Positions 1 through 9,060 of a stretch of DNA of 64,000 nucleotides are shown here, in pieces (position 1 is the first letter of the stretch; the number at the start of each line of letters is the position of its first letter). This DNA comes from Chloroflexota bacterium (GTDB lineage Bacteria > Chloroflexota > UBA11872 > VXOZ01), in the NCBI GenBank assembly GCA_963663275.1, contig OY760183.1:896001-960000 (forward strand), given 5' to 3'. The notes beneath the pieces were generated by a model that did not search any database, was not told the origin of the DNA, and saw only the letters and a program-made list of their open reading frames with translations. The translations under genes and the position numbers were made by a program.

Positions 1-429
1 TTTGAGAAACTCGTCGGCGCGCAGCACCCCGCGCAACGGCGTGGCTTCATCTTCCGCCAGCGCCCGCAGCACCGGCAGTTCGGCGTCACCGCCCACCGCC
101 AAGGCCGCGCCGCTATCCCGCGCGTAGTATTCCATTTCGCGCGGCGTGAACTTGAAGTTGAGCGGCAGCGAAACCCCGCCGGCCCGGATCGCGCCCAGAT
201 GCGCCAGCAGCAGCGCCCGCTTGTCCGCCGTGTAGAGGATGACGCGCTCGCCAGCGCGCAAGCCCCGCTGCTCCAAGAAAACCGCCGCCGCCCGCGTCCG
301 CGCGTCCAGTTCTGCATACGTCCACGTCTCACCCCGATACGTCAACGCGGGACGCTGCGCGAATTGGGCGAATGCGTCTTCAAGCTGGTCGCGAAACGGT
401 AGAAACGTCGTGGAAAACTTTGGATTCAT
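1..429 (-). CDS. AMP-binding acyl-CoA synthetase family protein, N-terminal part (truncated by window edge)
   Basis: Not in the ORF track. Manual translation from ATG at 429: MNPKFSTTFLPFRDQLEDAFAQFAQRPALTYRGETWTYAELDARTRAAAVFLEQRGLRAGERVILY...GGVSLPLNFKFTPREMEYYARDSGA, the typical adenylate-forming enzyme N-terminus. Confidence 0.85.
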   Translation of the reverse strand, partial: MNPKFSTTFLPFRDQLEDAFAQFAQRPALTYRGETWTYAELDARTRAAAVFLEQRGLRAGERVILYTADKRALLLAHLGAIRAGGVSLPLNFKFTPREMEYYARDSGAALAVGGDAELPVLRALAEDEATPLRGVLRADEFLK

Positions 430-623
430 GTGCTCTGTTTTCACTTCCAATCTCGTTGTAGCCCATGGCACACTTAGCCTCTTGGATTGCCAAGGGTTTC
501 CTGACAACCACCAAGAAGTGATGTTTCGGTAGGGCCTGCTTCATGGCCAGTGAAGTGTCGTGCATTCGAAGAGTCTGCTAACATTTTTAACTACGGGGGT
601 ATTCCAAAGCAAGTGAGGAATCT

Positions 624-2387
624 ATGAACTCTGGTGGTACGATTACATCTGTCCGGTTTACAAACTTCAAAGCTTTCGCGAACTTTTCAATCTCGCTTGA
701 CCGAATGAATATCCTTGTCGGTCCGAACAACTCAGGGAAGTCTACTGTGATTGGCGCATTTCGAGTCCTTGCTATGGGACTAAGAACAGCAGCCAGACGC
801 AAACCGGAATTCTTCGGAGGCCGGCACATTGCGCGGGGTTACAGAATACCCAGAGCCTCGATTCCCATTTCCTTGGAAAATGCACAGACTGATTACCAAG
901 ATGTAGAAGCTACAGTCACTTTTAGGATATCAAATGGAAACAGTCTGCAACTGTCGTTTTCTAGTGAAGGCGACGATTGCTTCTTGTACCCGCTTACTGC
1001 TGAAGGAGAACCAGTGACCAAGGCCAAATTCAGCCGACAGTTTCCGATTTCTCTGCTGGTTGTACCTGTGCTCGGCCCTGTTGAACATGAAGAGCCAATC
1101 GTAAAGAAAGAGACAGTGGATAAGAACCTGGCGACACACCGGGCTTCACGCAATTTCCGCAACTACTGGTACCACTATCCCAATGAATTTGCAGACTTCC
1201 GGAAGCAGGTTACAGCCACTTGGCCCGGCATGGAGATTGGACCTCCAGAGTCAGACGGTCAAAAGCTGGCCATGTTTTGCTATGAAGACACGATCGCTCG
1301 AGAGCTCTATTGGACTGGCTATGGCTTTCAGGTTTGGTGCCAGTTGCTTTCACACATCTTTAGAAGCCAGGATCGATCAATGCTCATAATTGATGAGCCG
1401 GACATCTACTTGCATGCTAACCCACAAAGACAATTGCTATCAATATTGAAGGCATCTGGGCAAGACGTGCTGGTGGCGACTCACTCAACTGAAATCATAA
1501 CCGAGGCAGACACCAACGACATTCTAGTGATTGACAAAACTCAACGTTCAGCGAAGAGAGTACGTAGTCCTAAAGGGATTCAGTCCACGCTGGGATCACT
1601 AGGGTCTACGCACATGGTGACGATGAGCGCGATTGCGCAGGCCAGACGAGTCCTCTATGTTGAGGGCGAGGACTTCAAGACTCTAAGGAAGTTTGCTAGG
1701 TGCCTTGGTTTGAGCGAGCTAGCTGCTGGTGTTGGTATTGCACCGTTTCCTCTCGGCGGCTTCCCCTCAGTAGAACGCATAAAGGCGGCCACTCTGGGCG
1801 TTAAGGAATCTATTGGGGGCTCAATAGTCTTCGGTGGAATCTTTGATCGAGATTTCCGTCCAGATGAGGAAGTTGATGACTTACTGTCGAGGCTTCAAAG
1901 CAAGCTGGAATTGTGCGTGATATTGGAAAGAAAGGAGATTGAGAACTACCTGCTCATTCCACCTGCCTTGGAAAGGACGTTAGCAAGACTCGTAGAGGAA
2001 AGGGCACGGCGCGGTGGTGAGTCTGCAACCGAAGCCAGACCGATTGCCGACATTCTTGAGGAGATTACAGCGCCGATGAAAGCCGACGTTCAGTCCCAGT
2101 TTTTCGCCAAGCGAGGAGAGTACTTGAAACATACTGGTAAGGACCCAAGTACCATTAACCTCGAATCCATTGAAATACTTGAGGGGTACTGGAACGAAGC
2201 CCGATTGCGGCTTCACATTGTGCCGGGGAAAAGGGTTCTGAGCGAACTTTCCTCCCGAGTGCAAGAAGAATACAAGGTGACCCTGACGACGGCGAGGATT
2301 GTAGAAGAATTACGTGACAATGAAATACCGTGGGACCTTCGCCAGACGTTGAAGAAGATTGAGTCGTTTCGGTGTAGCGCTCTTTGA
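624..2387 (+). CDS. ABC-type ATPase + Toprim (OLD-family ATP-dependent nuclease-like)
   Basis: Walker A GPNNSGKS, Walker B LIIDEPDIYLH, H-loop VATHS; Toprim YVEGED, DRD and RKEIENYLL motifs; lower GC than flanks. Confidence 0.85.
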   Translation: MNSGGTITSVRFTNFKAFANFSISLDRMNILVGPNNSGKSTVIGAFRVLAMGLRTAARRKPEFFGGRHIARGYRIPRASIPISLENAQTDYQDVEATVTFRISNGNSLQLSFSSEGDDCFLYPLTAEGEPVTKAKFSRQFPISLLVVPVLGPVEHEEPIVKKETVDKNLATHRASRNFRNYWYHYPNEFADFRKQVTATWPGMEIGPPESDGQKLAMFCYEDTIARELYWTGYGFQVWCQLLSHIFRSQDRSMLIIDEPDIYLHANPQRQLLSILKASGQDVLVATHSTEIITEADTNDILVIDKTQRSAKRVRSPKGIQSTLGSLGSTHMVTMSAIAQARRVLYVEGEDFKTLRKFARCLGLSELAAGVGIAPFPLGGFPSVERIKAATLGVKESIGGSIVFGGIFDRDFRPDEEVDDLLSRLQSKLELCVILERKEIENYLLIPPALERTLARLVEERARRGGESATEARPIADILEEITAPMKADVQSQFFAKRGEYLKHTGKDPSTINLESIEILEGYWNEARLRLHIVPGKRVLSELSSRVQEEYKVTLTTARIVEELRDNEIPWDLRQTLKKIESFRCSAL

Positions 2388-2694
2388 TGTTTGCCAAGAG
2401 TTATTCAACTGCCAAGAAACTGTGGTAGGAGTAACTTTCGAGCGATACCAATTGTGCTGTTCCGCGAAGAGATGGTCGATATAGAAGTCTAGCGTCTGTG
2501 GCTCCGTGTTCGTAAGATCTCTCCTAGCACATCAAGTTGACTTTTCTACCTATGGGAGAGAGACAGCTCTATGACCGCAAATGAGGCGGGAGGGGGCCGA
2601 ATCTCTGTCCGAATTGCCTAAACCGATTTGAAGAAGGCGATCTGCAAAGCGCCTCAAATGATACGAGAGTGCCCGCACCCAGCTAAGCAACGCA

Positions 2695-3288
2695 TCACAT
2701 CCGTTGCGCGATCACCTTCTCCCGGTCTTCCGGATCTATGAGCGGCGGCGGCGCGTCGTAGCGGGCAACCTGGTACCAGCCGGAGCCGAAGATCAGGCCG
2801 TCGTGTCTGATCACCCAGGAGTGCTTGGTTTCCAGAAAGCCGCCTCTGGCCGGGTTTTCGTAGACGTAGCTGACCCAGCTTCCCGCCTCGCTCACCGCCA
2901 GCATGGCGGCGCCAAAGTCGTAGCCGTTGGCGTCAACGCCCAGCGGTCTCTCGACGACCAAGCCGACGTTATCCGGGATGGCGGCATGGGACAATACCAG
3001 GCCCTCCGCGTCGATGATGAAGAGGTACCATTCGCCGTCCATGCTCTCCGGCGTGTTGTAGTAGGCAACGGCAGCGTCGCGCCCGTCGGCGTCGTAGCGC
3101 CGCAGCGCCTCGGCCACGAACGCCTTGGTGTACAGACCGGGCTCGGCGGACTTGGAGATAGTATCGAGGCTCGGCGTCTCCGGTGGCAGCGGTTGGGCCG
3201 GTTGCGTCGCGGTCGGCACGGTACTGCATGACGCAAGAGCGACAATTGCCGCAAGAATAGCGACACACGTGATTACCCGCTTGGACAT
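2695..3288 (-). CDS. Cache-domain lipoprotein (single domain)
   Basis: ATG at 3288 with AGGAGG RBS; lipobox-like LASC; Cache-like GEWYLFIID...GSWVSYVYENP...KHSWVIRHDGLIFGSGWY; paralogous to 48921..50516. Confidence 0.75.
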   Translation of the reverse strand: MSKRVITCVAILAAIVALASCSTVPTATQPAQPLPPETPSLDTISKSAEPGLYTKAFVAEALRRYDADGRDAAVAYYNTPESMDGEWYLFIIDAEGLVLSHAAIPDNVGLVVERPLGVDANGYDFGAAMLAVSEAGSWVSYVYENPARGGFLETKHSWVIRHDGLIFGSGWYQVARYDAPPPLIDPEDREKVIAQRM

Positions 3289-3390
3289 CCGGCGCCTCCT
3301 CCAATGCGTCTTGGGCTGGAAAACCGACACGGCCTGTACCTTCCAGTATAGCACCGCACACTGAACGCTTAGCATGACACGCCCACACGC

Positions 3391-4110
3391 CTACGGCACG
3401 TCCAGCACGAAGGTGAACTGCGCTTCTTTGCCTTCCGCCGCATCCGTGATGTCCACCAGCAGCGCGGGATCGAAGATGTCGTCGCCTTGGTTGCTCGATT
3501 CACCGGGAAAGTAGAGTTGGGTGGTGAGAATGGGTTGGTTGGGCGCTTGCACGCGCACGTGGATGTGGCGCGTGCGCCCGGGATAGACGCCCGGCACGAT
3601 TGTTTCCAGGGTGAAGCGCCCGGCGTCGTCGGCGAACTGGTGGCCGCGAAAGGTGTAGCCCTCGTTGTCGTAGTCACCGGCGTCGTTGGTGTGCCAGAAG
3701 TCGAGCAGCGCGCCGGCGACCGGCGCGCACTTCGTGGAAAGCACGTGGCCCGTAAGCAGCAGCCGTGTACCCGCCGCGCCGGGTTCCAGCAAAGACGTGC
3801 GCAGCGGCGTGTTGGGCGTGTAGAACGGGCCGGCGGTCAGGGGCGGTGTCGGGTCGTCGTCGTCTTCACACGCCGGCGTGGCGGGTAGTTCCGTTGCAGC
3901 CGTTGTCTGCTCCGCGGGCTGCCTCGCTTCGGCCTGGACCGGCGCGGCCGTGGCCGGGGCCGCTTCCATTTCCTGCTCTGCGGCCGTCTGCTTTGTTTCC
4001 GCCTGCCGTCCCAGCGCGCCGCAGGCCGCGAGCACGGCCGTCAGCGGGATTATGAGCGCCTTTTGCCAGAGCAAGCGGCGTGATAGGCGCAACACTCTTC
4101 GAGTATTCAC
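3391..4110 (-). CDS. Intradiol ring-cleavage dioxygenase-like lipoprotein
   Basis: GPFY, DFWHTNDAGDY, FRGHQ and PGVYPGRTRHIH motifs (Tyr/Tyr/His/His iron ligands); N-terminal LAAC lipobox. Confidence 0.85.
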   Translation of the reverse strand: MNTRRVLRLSRRLLWQKALIIPLTAVLAACGALGRQAETKQTAAEQEMEAAPATAAPVQAEARQPAEQTTAATELPATPACEDDDDPTPPLTAGPFYTPNTPLRTSLLEPGAAGTRLLLTGHVLSTKCAPVAGALLDFWHTNDAGDYDNEGYTFRGHQFADDAGRFTLETIVPGVYPGRTRHIHVRVQAPNQPILTTQLYFPGESSNQGDDIFDPALLVDITDAAEGKEAQFTFVLDVP

Positions 4111-4354
4111 ACTCTTTCCTCCGTTTGCGCGCGAACTCTCTCCTTAATCACTGTAGAACGAACGCGCGATTCATGCCAGTTGGCGCGGGGGTGGGGGTAT
4201 CGGTCAAGCGTCTCCTGCCTGCGCGCACGTGCCTCAGTACAGCGGCAGGCGCGGAATTGCTGCGCCGTTGGCTCCCGGCTTGCTATACTACACGCGGGAC
4301 TAATCCGGCAATCACTGAGCCGCAGGCACGAATGGCAACGGGAGCAAGCAGACG

Positions 4355-4906
4355 ATGACCCGCGATGAAGGCATGGAACTCGTCCACGAACTACTCAAGA
4401 ACAAGAATCTCGTGAAGCACTGCCTGGCGGTGGAGGCCTGCATGAGAGGCTTGGCGCGGCACTTTGGCGAAGATGAAGACCTGTGGGGCCTGGCGGGCCT
4501 GATGCACGACGCCGATTACGAGGCCACCGAGAAAGACCCGGCCCAGCACACACTGCTGATGGCGAAACTGCTGGAGGAACGCGACTGCGACCCCCGCGTC
4601 ATCCACGCGGTGCGCGCCCACAGCGACGAACACGGCGTGCCGCGCGAAAGTCTGATGGATAAAGCCCTCTACGCCTGCGATAACCTCTCCGGCCTCATCA
4701 TCGCCTGCGCGCTGGTGCGGCCCGATAAGAAACTGGCCTCGGTGACGCCGAAATTCGTCATGCGCAAATATAAGGAAAAAGCCTTCGCCGCCTCCGCCAA
4801 ACGCGAGGAGATCGAAACGTGCAGCGACATCGGCTTCACCCTGCCGGATTTCGCCGCCCTGAACCTGGCCGCGCTGCAGGGCATTTCAAGCGAACTAGGG
4901 CTATGA
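4355..4906 (+). CDS. HDIG-domain metal-dependent phosphohydrolase
   Basis: KHCLAVEACM...GLMHDADY...AHS...ACDNLSGLI...KAFA motifs. Confidence 0.85.
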   Translation: MTRDEGMELVHELLKNKNLVKHCLAVEACMRGLARHFGEDEDLWGLAGLMHDADYEATEKDPAQHTLLMAKLLEERDCDPRVIHAVRAHSDEHGVPRESLMDKALYACDNLSGLIIACALVRPDKKLASVTPKFVMRKYKEKAFAASAKREEIETCSDIGFTLPDFAALNLAALQGISSELGL

Positions 4907-4959
4907 CGGAGCCACCGCAATCAGATTGCCAGAAAATCCAGGAGACACAGGGCCTCGCA

Positions 4960-5748
4960 CTAGGCTTGCGGAGGAGTAGGCAGAGATGACAGCCCTTCAG
5001 TATCTCTGGTCTGATCAAAAAGCTGTCTGAGGTTGTCCTCAATCTCAGCTATGGCTTGCATATGTTCATCCAGATCAGACTTCGTTAACTCTCGCGCAGT
5101 CACTCTGGACTTCTTGGTGCGTTCGACGATTACGACTTGAGTAGGATAGCTGACGTACGCTGGGCTTGTTCGTATTGCATGTTCCAGAGTCCAGACAGCC
5201 GCAAAAACACCTTCGGAAATGCTCGGGAGTCGATCACTCCAGAAAATGTGCCTGAGGAAAGCGAGGAATGGGTCTGCAATAGTCTGGCCGCTGCCAATGG
5301 CAATGAAAGGGAGATCCTCCGATGCTTCCTCTGGCGCACCTTGAGCATCGAATTGGAAGAGACATGGTTTGCCACCACAGGGAAGCCCAACTAGAGTGTG
5401 AGCAAGCGCACTACTCTGCGCAGCCTGCCCAAGAATCTTCTGGGCAATGTCCGCAGCCTGCAGTTCTAGCCCAACATGCTCCCATATCCTGCGCCGTAGC
5501 AGGGCCATGACCTGAGTAGGAGACTTATCACTCAGTTCCTTGTTCCGCCAAAGCTCTTCAACTTCGGCGACAATTCGCTGCCCCAACCCAACGGATCCAG
5601 ATACTCCAACTACGCTCTGTCCACCAACTATGTCTAGCTTCTTGACGGGTTGGCGTATTGTGTTACCAGAGAGACTTCCCAGCGTTGCAGCACCGTCCGC
5701 ACCCAGTACAACTCCATCTTTAGCTTTGATTCCAACGATGAGTGTCAC
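4960..5748 (-). CDS. Proteasome beta-subunit/HslV-like Ntn peptidase
   Basis: A GTG start at 5748 gives (M)TLIVGIKAKDGVVLGADGAAT with N-terminal Thr; later K, GVSGS and IAIGSG motifs of the proteasome-beta fold. Confidence 0.8.
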   Translation of the reverse strand: MTLIVGIKAKDGVVLGADGAATLGSLSGNTIRQPVKKLDIVGGQSVVGVSGSVGLGQRIVAEVEELWRNKELSDKSPTQVMALLRRRIWEHVGLELQAADIAQKILGQAAQSSALAHTLVGLPCGGKPCLFQFDAQGAPEEASEDLPFIAIGSGQTIADPFLAFLRHIFWSDRLPSISEGVFAAVWTLEHAIRTSPAYVSYPTQVVIVERTKKSRVTARELTKSDLDEHMQAIAEIEDNLRQLFDQTRDTEGLSSLPTPPQA

Positions 5749-5753
5749 TAAGA

Positions 5754-6185
5754 TCAACCCTGAAAAACGCTATTTGCTTTGTACTCCGGATAGTTCTCGT
5801 AAATGAACCTTACCAGTTGCGAGAACGACTTGGTCTGTACCCATTCAATGAGCCTGTGCACATACACTTGCACATTCTCAGGCAACTCATCTTGGATCTC
5901 TTTCGCCCGATTCAACCCGTCCGGCCTAATGGAGTATTCCTGCCAGCGGCCAGTCATCGAGGGAACAATAGCCGCAAGTTGCTGACCCGCCAACTCTTCC
6001 GCATCATGGTAGATTGAAGAATCAAAAGGACCATAGTCGTAGGGGACAAAATCATAGTAGCCTTCACCGAGAAGTGTCTCCGGCAGCGTCTTTTCCAGCA
6101 AGAATAATGACTTTTGCAGTTGAACTGGCGTAAGCGCTTCTTCCGTAGAAGCGAGCACCAATAGTAACCAATCCTGCCTACTCAT
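5754..6185 (-). CDS. YwgA/Panacea(SocA)-like winged-helix protein
   Basis: LQKSLFLL...YDFVPYDYGPFDSSIYHD motif; stop lies 5 bp before the peptidase start. Confidence 0.65.
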   Translation of the reverse strand: MSRQDWLLLVLASTEEALTPVQLQKSLFLLEKTLPETLLGEGYYDFVPYDYGPFDSSIYHDAEELAGQQLAAIVPSMTGRWQEYSIRPDGLNRAKEIQDELPENVQVYVHRLIEWVQTKSFSQLVRFIYENYPEYKANSVFQG

Positions 6186-6308
6186 CACTTCTCCCTCATT
6201 CTGACCTGGTTAGGACCGGGACTTACCACGTACCCAAGACAATTCCCTGCAAGTGCTGCAACGACACCTAGTACCATGGTACTTCATCCTGTGTTGTTTT
6301 GAAAATGA

Positions 6309-7262
6309 CTAGAAAGGCAAATCCTCACCGATACCTTCCGCCTCGGCCTTGCGCAGCACGTGGGTGGCGGCGTAGAGGTCTTCCGCGGCGATGCCCTGGG
6401 ATTCGTAGACCGTAATCGCGTCGGCCGGACGGTTCACCGGATGCCGTCCCGCCACCACCTGGCCGATCTCGACCACGTCCTCCCAGTGCGCGAGGCCCGG
6501 TTCCACCGCTGCCAGCAGGTCGCCGCATTCCAGCTTGGCGCCTTCCAGCGAATCGGTCGTGACGAGCCAGGCGCGGCGGAAGACCTCGGTATCCACCTCT
6601 TGTTCGTCCAGCATGTTGTTGCCGGCGGCGTTCAGGTGCGCGCCGGGCCGCAGCCACGCGCCCGCCAGCGCCGGCCGTTTGCTATCGGTGATGGCCGCCA
6701 CCACGTCGGCGGACGCCACCGCCTCCTGCGCGCTGCCGGCCGCCTCTACCGGAATGCCGAGCGCGTCCGTCATTTCCCGCGCAAAGGCCTCGCGCCGCTC
6801 CGCATTGCGGCTGTAGACCAGCGCCCGCGCAATCGGCCGCACGGCGCAGATTGCCTGCATCTGCGTCGGCGCCTGGCGACCCGTGCCCAGCACGCCCAGC
6901 GCCGCCGCGTCCGGACGCGCCAGGTACTTGGTGGCGATGCCGCTGGCCGCGCCGGTGCGGATCGCGCCCAGCAGGCCGGCTTCCAGCACCGCCAGCGGCC
7001 GGCCGTCAGCGGCGCTGTAGAGCGTGACCAGGAACTTTGCGCCCTTGCGGGTAGTGGTGTACACCTTGTGGCCGAACACGCCCAGTTCCGCGTCCCCGGC
7101 GGACATCACGTGCATCATGCCGCCGGGCAGGCGGATGCGGCGGCGCGGCTGGTTGCGCGCCTGTCCCGCGCCCAACGCGCGCAAACAGGCCTCCACCTGC
7201 GCCAGCGCCTCCTCCATGGGCAACAACTGCCGCACGTGCTCTTCGGTCAGGAAGCGAGCCAT
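6309..7262 (-). CDS. Ornithine cyclodeaminase / mu-crystallin family protein
   Basis: IRTGAASGIATKYLA, GTGRQA, HLNAAG and YESQGIAAEDL motifs. Confidence 0.9.
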   Translation of the reverse strand: MARFLTEEHVRQLLPMEEALAQVEACLRALGAGQARNQPRRRIRLPGGMMHVMSAGDAELGVFGHKVYTTTRKGAKFLVTLYSAADGRPLAVLEAGLLGAIRTGAASGIATKYLARPDAAALGVLGTGRQAPTQMQAICAVRPIARALVYSRNAERREAFAREMTDALGIPVEAAGSAQEAVASADVVAAITDSKRPALAGAWLRPGAHLNAAGNNMLDEQEVDTEVFRRAWLVTTDSLEGAKLECGDLLAAVEPGLAHWEDVVEIGQVVAGRHPVNRPADAITVYESQGIAAEDLYAATHVLRKAEAEGIGEDLPF

Positions 7263-7567
7263 CGTAGAGGTCTCCCCTTGTTCGTCTTTCCAGCGGTTTC
7301 ATGCATCCGGCAGAGCCAAGCGCGCAGCCTGGCGCAACGGTCGCGCCTGTGCCGGCGCCTGGCAGCATAGTATCATGCCTGCGTTGCAGCGATTGTGCAC
7401 TCGTGAGTGTGCACGCGGCCGCCGGCGGGGGGGGGGGGGGCCGCGCGCGAGACTTCACTTTCCCGATGGACGCCGGCGGTTCCGCCCCATCGGCGGATGC
7501 CGGGCGGGTCCGCCAATCCCGCAAGCGCCAAGCGGTCCAATCACCTCGACGGCTGCCCGGCCCCCAA

Positions 7568-7597
7568 TTGACGCTGGCGGGAAAAGCTCCGTATAAT
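7568..7597 (+). promoter_or_regulatory. Sigma70-type promoter for the tRNA pair
   Basis: TTGACG-18 nt-TATAAT about 40 bp upstream of the first tRNA. Confidence 0.75.
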
Positions 7598-7635
7598 GCA
7601 AGAGAGTCACGCGTGGCGCGCACAACGCGTGGCCG

Positions 7636-7708
7636 GGGCCCATAGCTCAGCGGTTAGAGCTGCTCCCTCATAAGGAGAAGGTCCCTGGTTCGAATCCAGG
7701 TGGGCCCA
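7636..7708 (+). tRNA. tRNA with CAT anticodon, probably tRNA-Ile2 (lysidine)
   Basis: GGGCCCA/TGGGCCC acceptor stem, TAGCTCAG...GGTTAGAGC D-arm, CTCATAA loop, GTTCGAATC T-loop; CCA not encoded. The Ile2 versus Met call is inferred. Confidence 0.9.
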
Positions 7709-7766
7709 CTTGTCAATGCCGGCCGCAGAGTCCCCACCGGCCGGCCCGATTGGCACATGCACGCGC

Positions 7767-7841
7767 GGCGGGGTAGCTCAATGGTAGAGCGGGGGACTCA
7801 TAAGCCCTAGGTTGTGAGTTCGATTCTCACCCCCGCCACCA
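7767..7841 (+). tRNA. tRNA-Met (CAT), elongator type
   Basis: GGCGGGG/CCCCGCC acceptor stem, CTCATAA loop, GTTCGATTC, encoded ACCA end. Confidence 0.92.
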
Positions 7842-7949
7842 CACAAACGCAAGAGCATTCCTGAGTAGACACGCTGCCTACCGGCGTGCTTTTGCGGTTA
7901 AATGAGGCTTGTAGCAACGAGAGTCTGTGAAACGTACGAGGGGTACGCC

Positions 7950-8117
7950 ATGGCGAAAGAACCGAACCTCTCGCCAAGCAGGCGCAGAGCGTTGCAAGCT
8001 AAATCCACGCGCAAGCGTTGGGCTTTCGGTCGCTCCCAGGATCCGGCGGACGCGCCTGAACCCCCAAGCACTGTCAAGCCGCCCCCGCCTCCACCCCCGC
8101 CGCCGCGGAAGAAGTAG
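7950..8117 (+). CDS. Small basic Pro-rich hypothetical protein
   Basis: GAGGGG RBS-like sequence before ATG; 55 aa; no family recognised. Confidence 0.35.
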   Translation: MAKEPNLSPSRRRALQAKSTRKRWAFGRSQDPADAPEPPSTVKPPPPPPPPPRKK

Positions 8118-8246
8118 CCTCACCCCGGCGCAGACAGGGGCGCAGTCCTCGCTGAGGGTTCCGATTCCAGCGCCCGCGCTATCCCCGCAGCGCCGTGTAT
8201 CGCGCTATACTGGGTTTATGTGATTAATACTACGATGGAGGCCGCA

Positions 8247-8525
8247 ATGGACGTTAGAGAAGCAGTAAAGTCAGCAAAGCAAAACCTCTTGGAGCTTTTC
8301 AACGAGGAACCGATCAGCTACGTTGGTCTTGAGGAAGTCGACTTTGATGATGAAGCCGTGGAGTGGATAATCACGATTAGTTTTGCGCGGCTCTGGGAAA
8401 CAACACCGCTTCCGTCAGCACTCGGGAAGCCTCCCGAAGATCGACATTACAAGGTCTTTCGAATCAGCGATCTCGATGGGCGAGTAAAGTCTGTTAAGGA
8501 TCGTATACTGACGACGGCTGAATGA
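8247..8525 (+). CDS. Hypothetical protein, putative partner of the PIN toxin
   Basis: GGAGG RBS; acidic LEEVDFDDE...W.ITISF motif; lies directly upstream of the PIN gene. Confidence 0.7.
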   Translation: MDVREAVKSAKQNLLELFNEEPISYVGLEEVDFDDEAVEWIITISFARLWETTPLPSALGKPPEDRHYKVFRISDLDGRVKSVKDRILTTAE

Positions 8526-8535
8526 CCGCGTGCTG

Positions 8536-8991
8536 ATGGCGGAACTCTTCATCGATTCGAACCTGCTGTTGCTCTATGTCGCCGGCAGAACCAGCAGAGA
8601 CATCATTGCCAAACACAAGCGGCTGCGCCGATACACAGCAGCAGACTACGATGCCCTGCTCGCCTATCTTGACGGGTTCGACCGTGTGCTCGTGACGCCG
8701 CACACGCTCGCTGAGACCTCGAACCTGCTGGGGCAACACGGAGAGCCGGAGCGTTCTCGATTATTCGATCAACTGCGGTGCCTTATCCATGAGAGCAAGG
8801 AAGTGGTCGTATCCGGCGCCGACGCAGCCAACAACCGCGCGTTCAAGCGGCTTGGCATCACCGATGCCGCTCTGCTGGAGGTCGTTACAGAGCAGACGCC
8901 CCTGCTTACCGTAGATCTGGATCTATACCACGAGGCGCAACAGCGAGAACCGAATTCGGCGGTAAACTTCAACTACCTGCGGCAACTGTGA
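8536..8991 (+). CDS. PIN-domain ribonuclease
   Basis: FIDSNLL, LAETSNL, GITDAAL and LLTVDLDL acidic PIN motifs. Confidence 0.85.
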   Translation: MAELFIDSNLLLLYVAGRTSRDIIAKHKRLRRYTAADYDALLAYLDGFDRVLVTPHTLAETSNLLGQHGEPERSRLFDQLRCLIHESKEVVVSGADAANNRAFKRLGITDAALLEVVTEQTPLLTVDLDLYHEAQQREPNSAVNFNYLRQL

Positions 8992-9060
8992 CGCAAGATA
9001 GCTGCCTTGGTGATTAGCTATTCTTTCGCTATGACTCGATGTCCCGACGGCTAGAACGGC

